This document shows positions 7,041-14,612 of a stretch of 40,008 bases of DNA, piece by piece; the stretch's first letter is position 1, and each line of letters starts with the position of its first letter. The notes beneath the pieces were generated by a model. It saw nothing but the letters and a program-made list of their open reading frames with translations, was not told where the DNA came from and did not search any database. The translations under genes and the position numbers were made by a program. Location of the stretch: NCBI GenBank assembly GCA_964590105.1, contig CAZPYM010000004.1, positions 1 through 40,008 on the forward strand, read 5' to 3'. This DNA comes from an uncultured Gammaproteobacteria bacterium. GTDB lineage: Bacteria; Patescibacteriota; Patescibacteriia; UBA11705; JABHMO01.

Positions 7041-8030
7041 ATGAATATTCAAATTCAAGGGATGAGACCAAACTTGCTGATTTTTAGATTTGAAAAAATT
7101 TCCAGGCTGGCTTTTATTAAAATCATTACTGAATTCAATATTTTTTCTTATAAAACGCAAAAGCTGTCTGAAAATTATATCGATGCCGCCCTGGAACAAG
7201 ACGAGCTCTATAAATCATTGCTACCGGAGCTTGAAAAGCTAGAAGCCATAACCAAGAAGGAGCATTTTCAAACTCTCGGACAACTGCTTGACGCAGAAAT
7301 CGCTATTTCAGAATTTGCTTTTTCCGGCTTCATAAAAAAATTATCAACAAACAGTTTGCCGGAATTAAACCGACTGGCTGAAAACATTTGTTTGCAAAGA
7401 GGCGTCAGCTGTCCGGCCAGGCAAAACGATACAATTAAAAACTGCCAGGTAAGCGAAACGCCACGACAGCAGGAAATAAAACTCCTTGATGTTGACCGTT
7501 CATTTGAAAACAAAATTCTTTTTTATTATCTGCGCGCCAGTAGCACTGAAAACACTGAAAAAGTACTGGAAAGAGTTGAATTACTGACAATGGAACAAAA
7601 GGAAATTATGTTTCAAAACATTTTCAGCGCCGGAATCAGCACTTGTCTGCCCAAAATTATCCTTGAACACCAATTTTGTTCACTTCAGCTAAGCGACACA
7701 CTGCACAATTTTCAAGCGCTCATGCTTTGCCCGCAAACCCGTTTATTTTTTGAACCTTTTTCTACAAAGCATGGCTACCTAATGCCGGAGTCAATAATTC
7801 CAGCCGGGCAACAAGAGCTCTTTCTGACAACTATGGAAAAAATTAAAAAATACTTTTTGGAAACCGGCAACCAATATATTATTCCGCAAATTTTCAGGCA
7901 AAATGCGCTGGTAAGCTTAAACCTATTGCAATCATTCATAATCAAACGCCAGCAAGCTCAATCAGTTCTCATTAATCAGCTACTCAATCAAATATATCAA
8001 GAGCTTCCGTTTTTAAAAACTCTTAACTGA
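7041..8030 (+). CDS. hypothetical, mostly helical protein (329 aa), unrecognised
   Basis: Long ATG ORF in the same orientation and tightly packed within the nucleotide block. I could identify no motif. It ends with TGA. Confidence 0.5.
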   Translation: MNIQIQGMRPNLLIFRFEKISRLAFIKIITEFNIFSYKTQKLSENYIDAALEQDELYKSLLPELEKLEAITKKEHFQTLGQLLDAEIAISEFAFSGFIKKLSTNSLPELNRLAENICLQRGVSCPARQNDTIKNCQVSETPRQQEIKLLDVDRSFENKILFYYLRASSTENTEKVLERVELLTMEQKEIMFQNIFSAGISTCLPKIILEHQFCSLQLSDTLHNFQALMLCPQTRLFFEPFSTKHGYLMPESIIPAGQQELFLTTMEKIKKYFLETGNQYIIPQIFRQNALVSLNLLQSFIIKRQQAQSVLINQLLNQIYQELPFLKTLN

Positions 8031-8036
8031 TTTACT

Positions 8037-8675
8037 ATGCAAAATTTTCCGGGAAAATTTATTGTGTTTGAAGGCGGCGAAGGCACGGGCAAGACCACAC
8101 AAATAAAACTGCTCGCCGAAAAACTAAAGCAAAACAGCTTCAATGTTTTCCTGACCCGCGAACCGGGCGGCACCAATTGTCCTATTGCTGAAAAAATTCG
8201 TTACATGCTAAAAGATCCGGAAAACAAAAACATGTGCACGGAAACTGAATTATTCCTGTTTCTGGCTTCCCGCGCCCAGCATGTCAAAGGCGTCATCCTG
8301 CCCCATCTGCGCCGGGGAGACGTGGTTATTTCAGATCGATTTTTCGGTTCCACCCTTGCATATCAACATTTTGGCCGCGGACTATTCAACCTGGAAGAAG
8401 TAAAAAAAATCAATGAATTCGCTACCGGCGGCTTGGAACCGGAACTGACAATACTACTGGATATTGACCCCAAGAAAGGCTTAGAAAGAATAAAAGAACA
8501 TATTGCCAGTGATCGACTGGACAGTGAGACATTAGCCTTTCACGAAAAGGTCCGTGCCGGTTACCTAACCCTGGCCAAAATAAAACCAGACTGGCAGGTC
8601 ATCCCGGCCGATTCAACTATTGACGGCGTTCATTTGCGCATTTGGAATAGCGTTTGCGAAGTCTTGGATTTATAA
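8037..8675 (+). CDS. tmk: thymidylate kinase (212 aa)
   Basis: FIVFEGGEGTGKTTQ P-loop, DRF motif (SDRFFGSTLAYQ), and typical Tmk length. Confidence 0.93.
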   Translation: MQNFPGKFIVFEGGEGTGKTTQIKLLAEKLKQNSFNVFLTREPGGTNCPIAEKIRYMLKDPENKNMCTETELFLFLASRAQHVKGVILPHLRRGDVVISDRFFGSTLAYQHFGRGLFNLEEVKKINEFATGGLEPELTILLDIDPKKGLERIKEHIASDRLDSETLAFHEKVRAGYLTLAKIKPDWQVIPADSTIDGVHLRIWNSVCEVLDL

Positions 8676-8691
8676 CCGAAAGGAGGCCTAT

Positions 8692-9318
8692 ATGTTTCGA
8701 CGAGGCTGTATAGAGCTTATTATTGGCGGCATGAGGGTTGGTAAAACAGCCCAAGGGCTGGAAAGATTGAAACAAGAAAGCTTTGCCAAAGGAAGAAAAG
8801 CAATGATTTTCATTCCCCGCGGCTCTGACCGAGAGGTTGAGCTGGACAGTTGAGAAAAAGTAAAAACAAACGGTCGTGCAGTCTGCCGCAGCGGTATTAT
8901 CATTACTGAAACCGTCGAATTTGACAAAAACAATCCACGGGAAATTCTGGCGCACATTACGCCGGATTTGACTACGGCTTTCATTGATGAAGCTCACTTT
9001 TGCTCTGACGAACTGGTGTCAGTGGCCAAAGAACTGGCGGAAAAACATAGACTGCGCGTCATCATTGCTGGCCTTGATCAGACCTTTGAGGAAATTCCAT
9101 TCGGACCAATCCCAAAACTGGCCTGCGAAGCAGACTTTGTCACCAAACTCCAGGCTGTCTGCATGTACTGCGGCGACGCGCCGGCTACCAAAAGCTGGCT
9201 CCATCCAAGGCTGCGCTCGCAAGTCAAAGAAGGGTCTGTCCATGTAGGCGACAAAGACTATTTGTCTGTTTGCCGGCATTGTTTCCGGCTACTGGAGGAG
9301 AATCCTCCGACATGTTAA
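8692..9318 (+). pseudogene. tdk: thymidine kinase interrupted by one in-frame TGA (8851-8853)
   Basis: AAAGGAGG RBS then ATG at 8692. N-terminal part IIGGMRVGKT; C-terminal part FIDEAHF, IIAGLDQTF, and CxxC..CxxC (CMYCG, CRHC). Both parts are in the same frame (8620 and 8968 are both 1 mod 3), and TGA is the only stop between them. Confidence 0.8.
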
Positions 9319-9324
9319 TTTCAA

Positions 9325-9364
9325 AGAGCCCCGTCCCTCGAAAAGGATCGGGCTCTTTTTTTTT
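9325..9364 (+). terminator. intrinsic terminator after tdk
   Basis: AGAGCCCC...GGGGCTCT stem with inner TCC/GGA pairing, followed by nine T. Confidence 0.8.
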
Positions 9365-9430
9365 CATATTTTTCATGCTACGATAGAAAAGCTTCTAGAG
9401 GCACAAAATCTTGCGTCTCTACTTTCCGCA

Positions 9431-9467
9431 CCTCTATCTCCTTTATCCCCTTTATCTCCTTTTTTTT
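9431..9467 (+). repeat. 9-nt periodic CU-rich array CCTCTATCT CCTTTATCC CCTTTATCT CCTTTTTTTT abutting the gatB ATG
   Basis: Read directly. Related arrays occur at 3381-3411 (before the ThyA-like gene) and 434-469 (before nusG). Confidence 0.85.
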
Positions 9468-11003
9468 ATGAAATTCCAAACTATAATCGGCCTTGAATTC
9501 CACGTTCAGCTGAAAACCAAAACAAAAATGTTTTGCGGCTGTGAAAACAATCCTGACAATGACAAGCCTAATGAAAACATCTGCCCGATCTGTCTTGGTC
9601 ATCCGGGAATTTTACCGACCATCAATCATCATGCTGTTTTAATGGGCATCAAAGCGGCGTTGGCTATCAATTGCCAAGTTGCTAATTTCACAAAATTTGA
9701 CCGCAAAAATTATTTTTATCCTGATTTACCAAAAGGCTATCAAATTTCTCAATACGACAAGCCGCTGGCTCTGCACGGCTGGCTGGCTATTAATGTCCAA
9801 GCCAGAGATGGACTGTCTGGCCGACTGGATGATGAAAAACAGCTCAAAAGAATCAATATCATTCGCTTGCACCTGGAAGAAGACTCTGCCAAGTCAACTC
9901 ATCAGCAGGATTCCTCACTCATTGACTACAATCGTGGCGGCACTCCGCTCATTGAAATCGTCACCGCGCCTCACTTTTCATCACCGCAGGAAGCCAAAAC
10001 CTTTGCCCAGGAATTGCGTCTGATCATGCGCTATCTGGACATTTCAGACGCTGACATGGAAAAAGGCCAATTGCGCTGTGACGCCAATATTTCCCTTCGG
10101 CCAGAGGGAGATTCCACTCTTTATCCGAAAGCTGAACTAAAAAACATTAATTCTTTCCGCTCGCTTGAACGGGCGCTTGATTTTGAAATAAAAAGACAAA
10201 CAATATTATGGAAAGCCGGAAATCCACCGACAGTGGAAGAAACTCGCGGCTGGGATGAAGGCAAGCAGGAAACGTTCTCCCAAAGAACAAAGGAATCAGA
10301 ACATGATTACCGCTATTTTCCGGAACCTGATCTGGCGCCATTAACTTTTGACCAAAAGCAGATTGAAGAAATAAAACAAACCTTGCATGAATTGCCTCAA
10401 GTCAAAAGAAGACGCTTCATGGAAATGTATGGTTTCACGGGCGAACAGGCCAAAATATTAACTGATTCAAAACAGCTGGCCAATTACACTGAACAAATTA
10501 TTTCAGAACTAAAAGACTGGCTGCAGTCTATAGAAGGAATTGAAGATGAGGAACATGAAATCTGGGCGCGCAACAAAAAGAAACTGCTCAACCTTGTTTC
10601 CGGCTGGCTAGTAAATAAATTTTTACCGTTATTGGATGAATTAATAATTCCGCTTGAAAAAAATAAAATTACTGCGGAAAATTTTGCGGAATTCATCACC
10701 ATGGTTTACGAAAGCAAAATTAATAGCGCCGCGGCGCAACTTATTTTAAAAGAAATGATCAAAACTGGTGCTGACCCATCGCACGTAATGGATGAAAAAG
10801 ATTTAAGTCAGATGAGTTCGGAAAAAGATCTGGCACAAATCATTCAAAAAATTATAAAAAACAATCCCGAGCAGACCGCGCAATACAAGGCCGGCAAAGA
10901 AGTGGTAATAAAATATTTTGTTGGTTTAGTAATGAAGGAAACAAAAGGCAAAGCTGATCCGCAAAAAGCAGAACAACTGCTAAAAGACCATTTGCTTAAA
11001 TAA
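9468..11003 (+). CDS. gatB: Asp/Glu-tRNA(Asn/Gln) amidotransferase subunit B (511 aa)
   Basis: Start moved to the ATG at 9468. KFQTIIGLEFHVQLKTKTKMFCGC, LEEDSAKS and the C-terminal GatB/YqeY region. Confidence 0.95.
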   Translation: MKFQTIIGLEFHVQLKTKTKMFCGCENNPDNDKPNENICPICLGHPGILPTINHHAVLMGIKAALAINCQVANFTKFDRKNYFYPDLPKGYQISQYDKPLALHGWLAINVQARDGLSGRLDDEKQLKRINIIRLHLEEDSAKSTHQQDSSLIDYNRGGTPLIEIVTAPHFSSPQEAKTFAQELRLIMRYLDISDADMEKGQLRCDANISLRPEGDSTLYPKAELKNINSFRSLERALDFEIKRQTILWKAGNPPTVEETRGWDEGKQETFSQRTKESEHDYRYFPEPDLAPLTFDQKQIEEIKQTLHELPQVKRRRFMEMYGFTGEQAKILTDSKQLANYTEQIISELKDWLQSIEGIEDEEHEIWARNKKKLLNLVSGWLVNKFLPLLDELIIPLEKNKITAENFAEFITMVYESKINSAAAQLILKEMIKTGADPSHVMDEKDLSQMSSEKDLAQIIQKIIKNNPEQTAQYKAGKEVVIKYFVGLVMKETKGKADPQKAEQLLKDHLLK

Positions 11004-11017
11004 TTTTTTTCTAAAAA

Positions 11018-11047
11018 GAACGAATCCAAAAAATTCGTTCTTTTTTT
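11018..11047 (+). terminator. intrinsic terminator after gatB
   Basis: GAACGAAT-loop-ATTCGTTC followed by TTTTTTT. Confidence 0.75.
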
Positions 11048-11087
11048 AAAAAAAACCGCTCCTGCCCTTTGAGAAAAGGCAGGAGCG
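11048..11087 (-). terminator. intrinsic terminator after the Cys-rich lipoprotein gene
   Basis: 10-bp stem CGCTCCTGCC/GGCAGGAGCG. On the minus strand it is followed by GTTTTTTTT. Confidence 0.75.
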
Positions 11088-11106
11088 TTCATGAGATCCA
11101 CGGGGA

Positions 11107-11673
11107 CTAGTAACAGTACCCGTCGTTTGCGCAATAGTACTCGTACGGACAATCATCGTCCGTATAGCACCAGTCGTACTCGTAACAGTAGCCGTCCACT
11201 GCGCAGTATGTGTCTGATGGGCAATCATAGTCTGACTGACAGCCATCTTCGTACACGTAACAGTAACCGTCACTGCCACAGTAGGTATTCACCGGACAAT
11301 CGTAGTCGTCCCAGCACCCGTCGTCAACGACAGTCACGGACACTGTCTTCTCGTGACAGTACCCGTACGAATCGCAATACGTATCGCTAGGGCAATCGTA
11401 GCTAGAGTAGCACCCAAAATCCTCGGCCTCGTAGCAGTAACCATCCGTGGCGCAGTACGTGGCGTAGGAACAGTCACCGTCCGAGTAACAACCGCCGCCA
11501 GAAACGGCGACAGTCGTTCCGCTCGAATACCCGCCAGCCGAATAGCAATAGCCATCGCTGGCGCAATACTCATCTGAATAGCAGTCGTAGTCATCCGAAC
11601 AGGCAGGGTAGCTATCGACAATACACCCCGACAACAGGATAGCCATTACTACCAAAACCAACCAGTATCTCAT
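11107..11673 (-). CDS. secreted lipoprotein made of six 4-Cys modules (188 aa)
   Basis: RBS AGGAGGTGAAAG. Lipobox LLSGC. Six repeats of C-x2-D-x-D-C-x4-Y-C-x2-DGYCY. Confidence 0.75.
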   Translation of the reverse strand: MRYWLVLVVMAILLSGCIVDSYPACSDDYDCYSDEYCASDGYCYSAGGYSSGTTVAVSGGGCYSDGDCSYATYCATDGYCYEAEDFGCYSSYDCPSDTYCDSYGYCHEKTVSVTVVDDGCWDDYDCPVNTYCGSDGYCYVYEDGCQSDYDCPSDTYCAVDGYCYEYDWCYTDDDCPYEYYCANDGYCY

Positions 11674-11784
11674 CTTTCACCTCCTGGTTTGTTTGTCATT
11701 CTAATTATACTCCATTTAACTAATGACTATATCACGAACACTCAGTAAAGTCAACTGTCACCCATAACATACACTAAATTTAGT

Positions 11785-11809
11785 AAAAAACTACCGACAT
11801 TTCTGCCGG
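11785..11809 (-). terminator. intrinsic terminator after miaA
   Basis: Minus strand reads CCGGCA-GAAA-TGTCGG then TAGTTTTTT. Confidence 0.6.
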
Positions 11810-11813
11810 CAAT

Positions 11814-12722
11814 TTAATTTATAAACACACTCACTAGTTCTGTCGCCTCTTTGCTACCATTCACCCAATGAATTGTTTTATCGCGCTTGAACCAGGTCAT
11901 CTGCCGTTTCGCATATCGCCGCGTATCGCGTTTAATCAGTTCAATCGCCTGCTCGCCGAAAATTTCGTGATCTAAAAACTGACAAATCTGGCGGTAGCCA
12001 ATACCGCTCATGGCCGCTGATTTGCAATCATAACCTTCCGCTATTAATTTTTTTACTTCATCAACCAATCCTTCATTCATCATTGCATCGACTCGCGCAT
12101 TGATCTTCTCATACAATTTTTCACGCGGCAATTCAACGCCAAGTTGCAAAAATCCATATTCACTCTCCCCTGTTCCGCGCGCTAGCGGTTTTTTTGTTTG
12201 CATTAGAATTTCCAGCGCACGCGCCACTCGACGCGGATTATTGAGGTCAATCTTCTCGCCAATGTTCGGATCTATCTTCTTAATTTTATTTATTAAATAA
12301 TCTAAACCATATTTGGCCAACCGTTTTTCCACTTTTATTCTAAGCTTCTGATCAAAACGCCCTGGCAGTTCATAATTATTTATCAAAGCTGAAATATACA
12401 AGCCAGTGCCGCCGACAATAATCGGAAGTTTATTCGAATGAGCGTTAATCGTTGACTTCACGTCTCTCAACCAATTTTCCAAACTGTAATATTCACCCGG
12501 GTCAATCAGATCAATCAAGCACTCTTCTATTCCTTCTACAAAAAAATTGCTCTTAATCCAAACGCCTTTATCTTTATTTGTGCCAATATTCATTTTTTTG
12601 AATACCTGTCTCGAATCTGCGGAAATCAAAAAGCCATTAAACTTTTTTGCTAGTTCAAGCGCAATGGCTGATTTGCCGCTGGCTGTGGGGCCAAGCACGA
12701 TAATCACTTTTTGTTTAGACAT
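11814..12722 (-). CDS. miaA: tRNA dimethylallyltransferase (302 aa)
   Basis: Start moved to the ATG at 12722 (MSKQKVIIVLGPTASGKS P-loop). Also GGTGLY and RRYAKRQMTWF. Confidence 0.93.
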   Translation of the reverse strand: MSKQKVIIVLGPTASGKSAIALELAKKFNGFLISADSRQVFKKMNIGTNKDKGVWIKSNFFVEGIEECLIDLIDPGEYYSLENWLRDVKSTINAHSNKLPIIVGGTGLYISALINNYELPGRFDQKLRIKVEKRLAKYGLDYLINKIKKIDPNIGEKIDLNNPRRVARALEILMQTKKPLARGTGESEYGFLQLGVELPREKLYEKINARVDAMMNEGLVDEVKKLIAEGYDCKSAAMSGIGYRQICQFLDHEIFGEQAIELIKRDTRRYAKRQMTWFKRDKTIHWVNGSKEATELVSVFIN

Positions 12723-12741
12723 ATGGCAGAAAAGTAAAAAA

Positions 12742-14013
12742 TTAAGCAAACAACATCCATTCCCTGGCCTGTTTAATCTTGACTTGAACAATATCGCCCG
12801 GCATTGCTTGGCAATTCTTAATTCTGACGCGTTTCATTTCCAAAGAATTGCCATCGCAAAAATCTTTTTCCTTGGTGTCGATTAATACACTGACCATTTT
12901 GCCAAGATATTTTTGATTTATTTCCAGAGTAATCTTTTCCATGATTATTTGTAATTCATGCCAACGTCTTTTTTTTTCTTCATGAAAAACATCATCGTCA
13001 AATTTCGCAGCGGCCGTTCCCCTACGCAACGAGAACATTGCATTATAGGAAATATCGAACCGAATTTTTTTATAAAACTTCAAGGTATTTTCAAATTGCA
13101 CGCGAGTCTCACCGGCAAAGCCAACGATAATGTCCGTGCCAATGGCAATTTCCGGTTTTACTTTGCGAACTTTGGTAATTAATTTTTCAAAATCTTTAAT
13201 TGTGTACTTACGATTCATTTTTCCAAGGACCTGATTGTCGCCGGATTGCAAAGCTAAATGCAAATAATTTACCATTTTTGGCAGAGCCAAAGCCCGGATC
13301 ACATCGTCATGCAAATCCTTGGGGTGACTGGACATAAAATTAACCCGTTCGATATTTTCAATTTGATTTATTTCCCAGAGCAATTTGGCGAAGTTTTGCT
13401 GAAACGGATTTTGTTTTGAAAAACAATCTTTGTCATCGGGCTCATATGAATTAACATTTTGCCCGAGCAAATCAACTTGTTTACAACCGTTTTTAACCAA
13501 TGCCTGAATCTCTTTCAAAATATCCTTAACTTTTCGACTAGTTTCCCTGCCTCGGACATACGGCACAACACAATAACTGCAATAATTGTTACAGCCGGTC
13601 ATAACCGGAACGTGCGCTTGAAAATTCACTGCGTATCGAGGTAAATGCTCAAAATACTTTTCCTTGCTTTCACTTTCACGCGCGTCCAAAAAGTTTTCCA
13701 GCTCCAATAATTTTTTTATATTGAAAACCAAATCAAATCTTTTTCTAAATTTAATCCTGTCGCTAGGCAGGAGACAGCCGGTCAAAATCGTGGTGTATTT
13801 TTTTTCGCCTTTAAGTTGTGAGAATTTTTTTACCACACCCCAGATCCGATCAATGGCCGTCTGCCTAACGGAACAAGCGTTGACTACCAAGATATCAGCC
13901 GCCTGCATGTCCTCTGCCGGCTGGTAATTTAGACGTTCAAAAACACCGGCGATTCTCTCGGAATCAGACTTATTCATTTGGCAACCAAAGGTAATAATAT
14001 GATATTTTGCCAT
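12742..14013 (-). CDS. miaB: tRNA-i6A37 methylthiotransferase, MiaB-type radical SAM (423 aa)
   Basis: N-terminal FGCQMN, radical SAM CNNYCSYC, a C-terminal TRAM-like region, and adjacency to miaA. Confidence 0.9.
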   Translation of the reverse strand: MAKYHIITFGCQMNKSDSERIAGVFERLNYQPAEDMQAADILVVNACSVRQTAIDRIWGVVKKFSQLKGEKKYTTILTGCLLPSDRIKFRKRFDLVFNIKKLLELENFLDARESESKEKYFEHLPRYAVNFQAHVPVMTGCNNYCSYCVVPYVRGRETSRKVKDILKEIQALVKNGCKQVDLLGQNVNSYEPDDKDCFSKQNPFQQNFAKLLWEINQIENIERVNFMSSHPKDLHDDVIRALALPKMVNYLHLALQSGDNQVLGKMNRKYTIKDFEKLITKVRKVKPEIAIGTDIIVGFAGETRVQFENTLKFYKKIRFDISYNAMFSLRRGTAAAKFDDDVFHEEKKRRWHELQIIMEKITLEINQKYLGKMVSVLIDTKEKDFCDGNSLEMKRVRIKNCQAMPGDIVQVKIKQAREWMLFA

Positions 14014-14084
14014 AACAACTTCTTAGTTAACATAATGAATCCCGCACCCCTTGTAACATATTTTAGCCAAAATTTCAACCTCGC

Positions 14085-14137
14085 CCCCGCCGCTCGCGAG
14101 CGGCGGGGTTGACATAACACTTCAATTCAGGCAAAAT
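14085..14137 (+). promoter_or_regulatory. 24-nt perfect GC palindrome immediately followed by TTGACA (candidate insulator hairpin plus promoter)
   Basis: CCCCGCCGCTCG/CGAGCGGCGGGG at 14085-14108. TTGACA at 14109-14114. A weak -10, CAAAAT, lies 17 nt downstream. Confidence 0.3.
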
Positions 14138-14183
14138 ACATGCTACACTATCATAGCATTTGAATCAAATAAATCTCAATCGC

Positions 14184-14585
14184 ATGCTAATCCACTTTTA
14201 TAAATTTATAGACAAGCTGAGAGCCACGCCAGCCAGAAAAAACAAACTGATCATAGCCGCTACCGCAGTTGGATTTGCAATCAATGTTTTAATCTGGGCG
14301 CTGATATATTTTAAATTTTATCCGGCAGTGTACAGCCTGCCCGAGGAGCAATCATTTATTCCTCTGCACTATAACATATATCTTGGGATTGATCTTTTCG
14401 GCCACTGGCAAAGAATTTTTATTTTACCAGGAATCGGACTATTTATTTTTGCGCTGAATACAATTTTGGCATTGGCTTTGTTTAACAAAAAGGAAATCAT
14501 CAGTTACTTTTTGTCAGTCGGAGCGGCTCTAATCCAGATTTTCCTTTTTATCGCCACACTCCTGACTATTTTAATCAACATCTAA
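14184..14585 (+). CDS. hypothetical integral membrane protein (about 133 aa)
   Basis: Three or four hydrophobic helices. Start uncertain: TTG at 14160 or ATG at 14184. Confidence 0.55.
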   Translation: MLIHFYKFIDKLRATPARKNKLIIAATAVGFAINVLIWALIYFKFYPAVYSLPEEQSFIPLHYNIYLGIDLFGHWQRIFILPGIGLFIFALNTILALALFNKKEIISYFLSVGAALIQIFLFIATLLTILINI

Positions 14586-14612
14586 AAATTAATCGCCTGT
14601 CAGCTATTGCGT

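Noticed and set aside
9468-11003. gatB without adjacent gatA or gatC as an anomaly
   Set aside because: Dispersed gatCAB genes are common. Nothing in the sequence suggests a defect.
11046-11621. ORFs 11046-11279 (-), 11091-11390 (+), 11334-11621 (-) and 11353-11577 (+) overlapping the Cys-rich lipoprotein gene
   Set aside because: They are alternative frames of a repetitive GC-rich gene. Only the 11107-11673 frame has an RBS, a lipobox and a coherent repeat structure.
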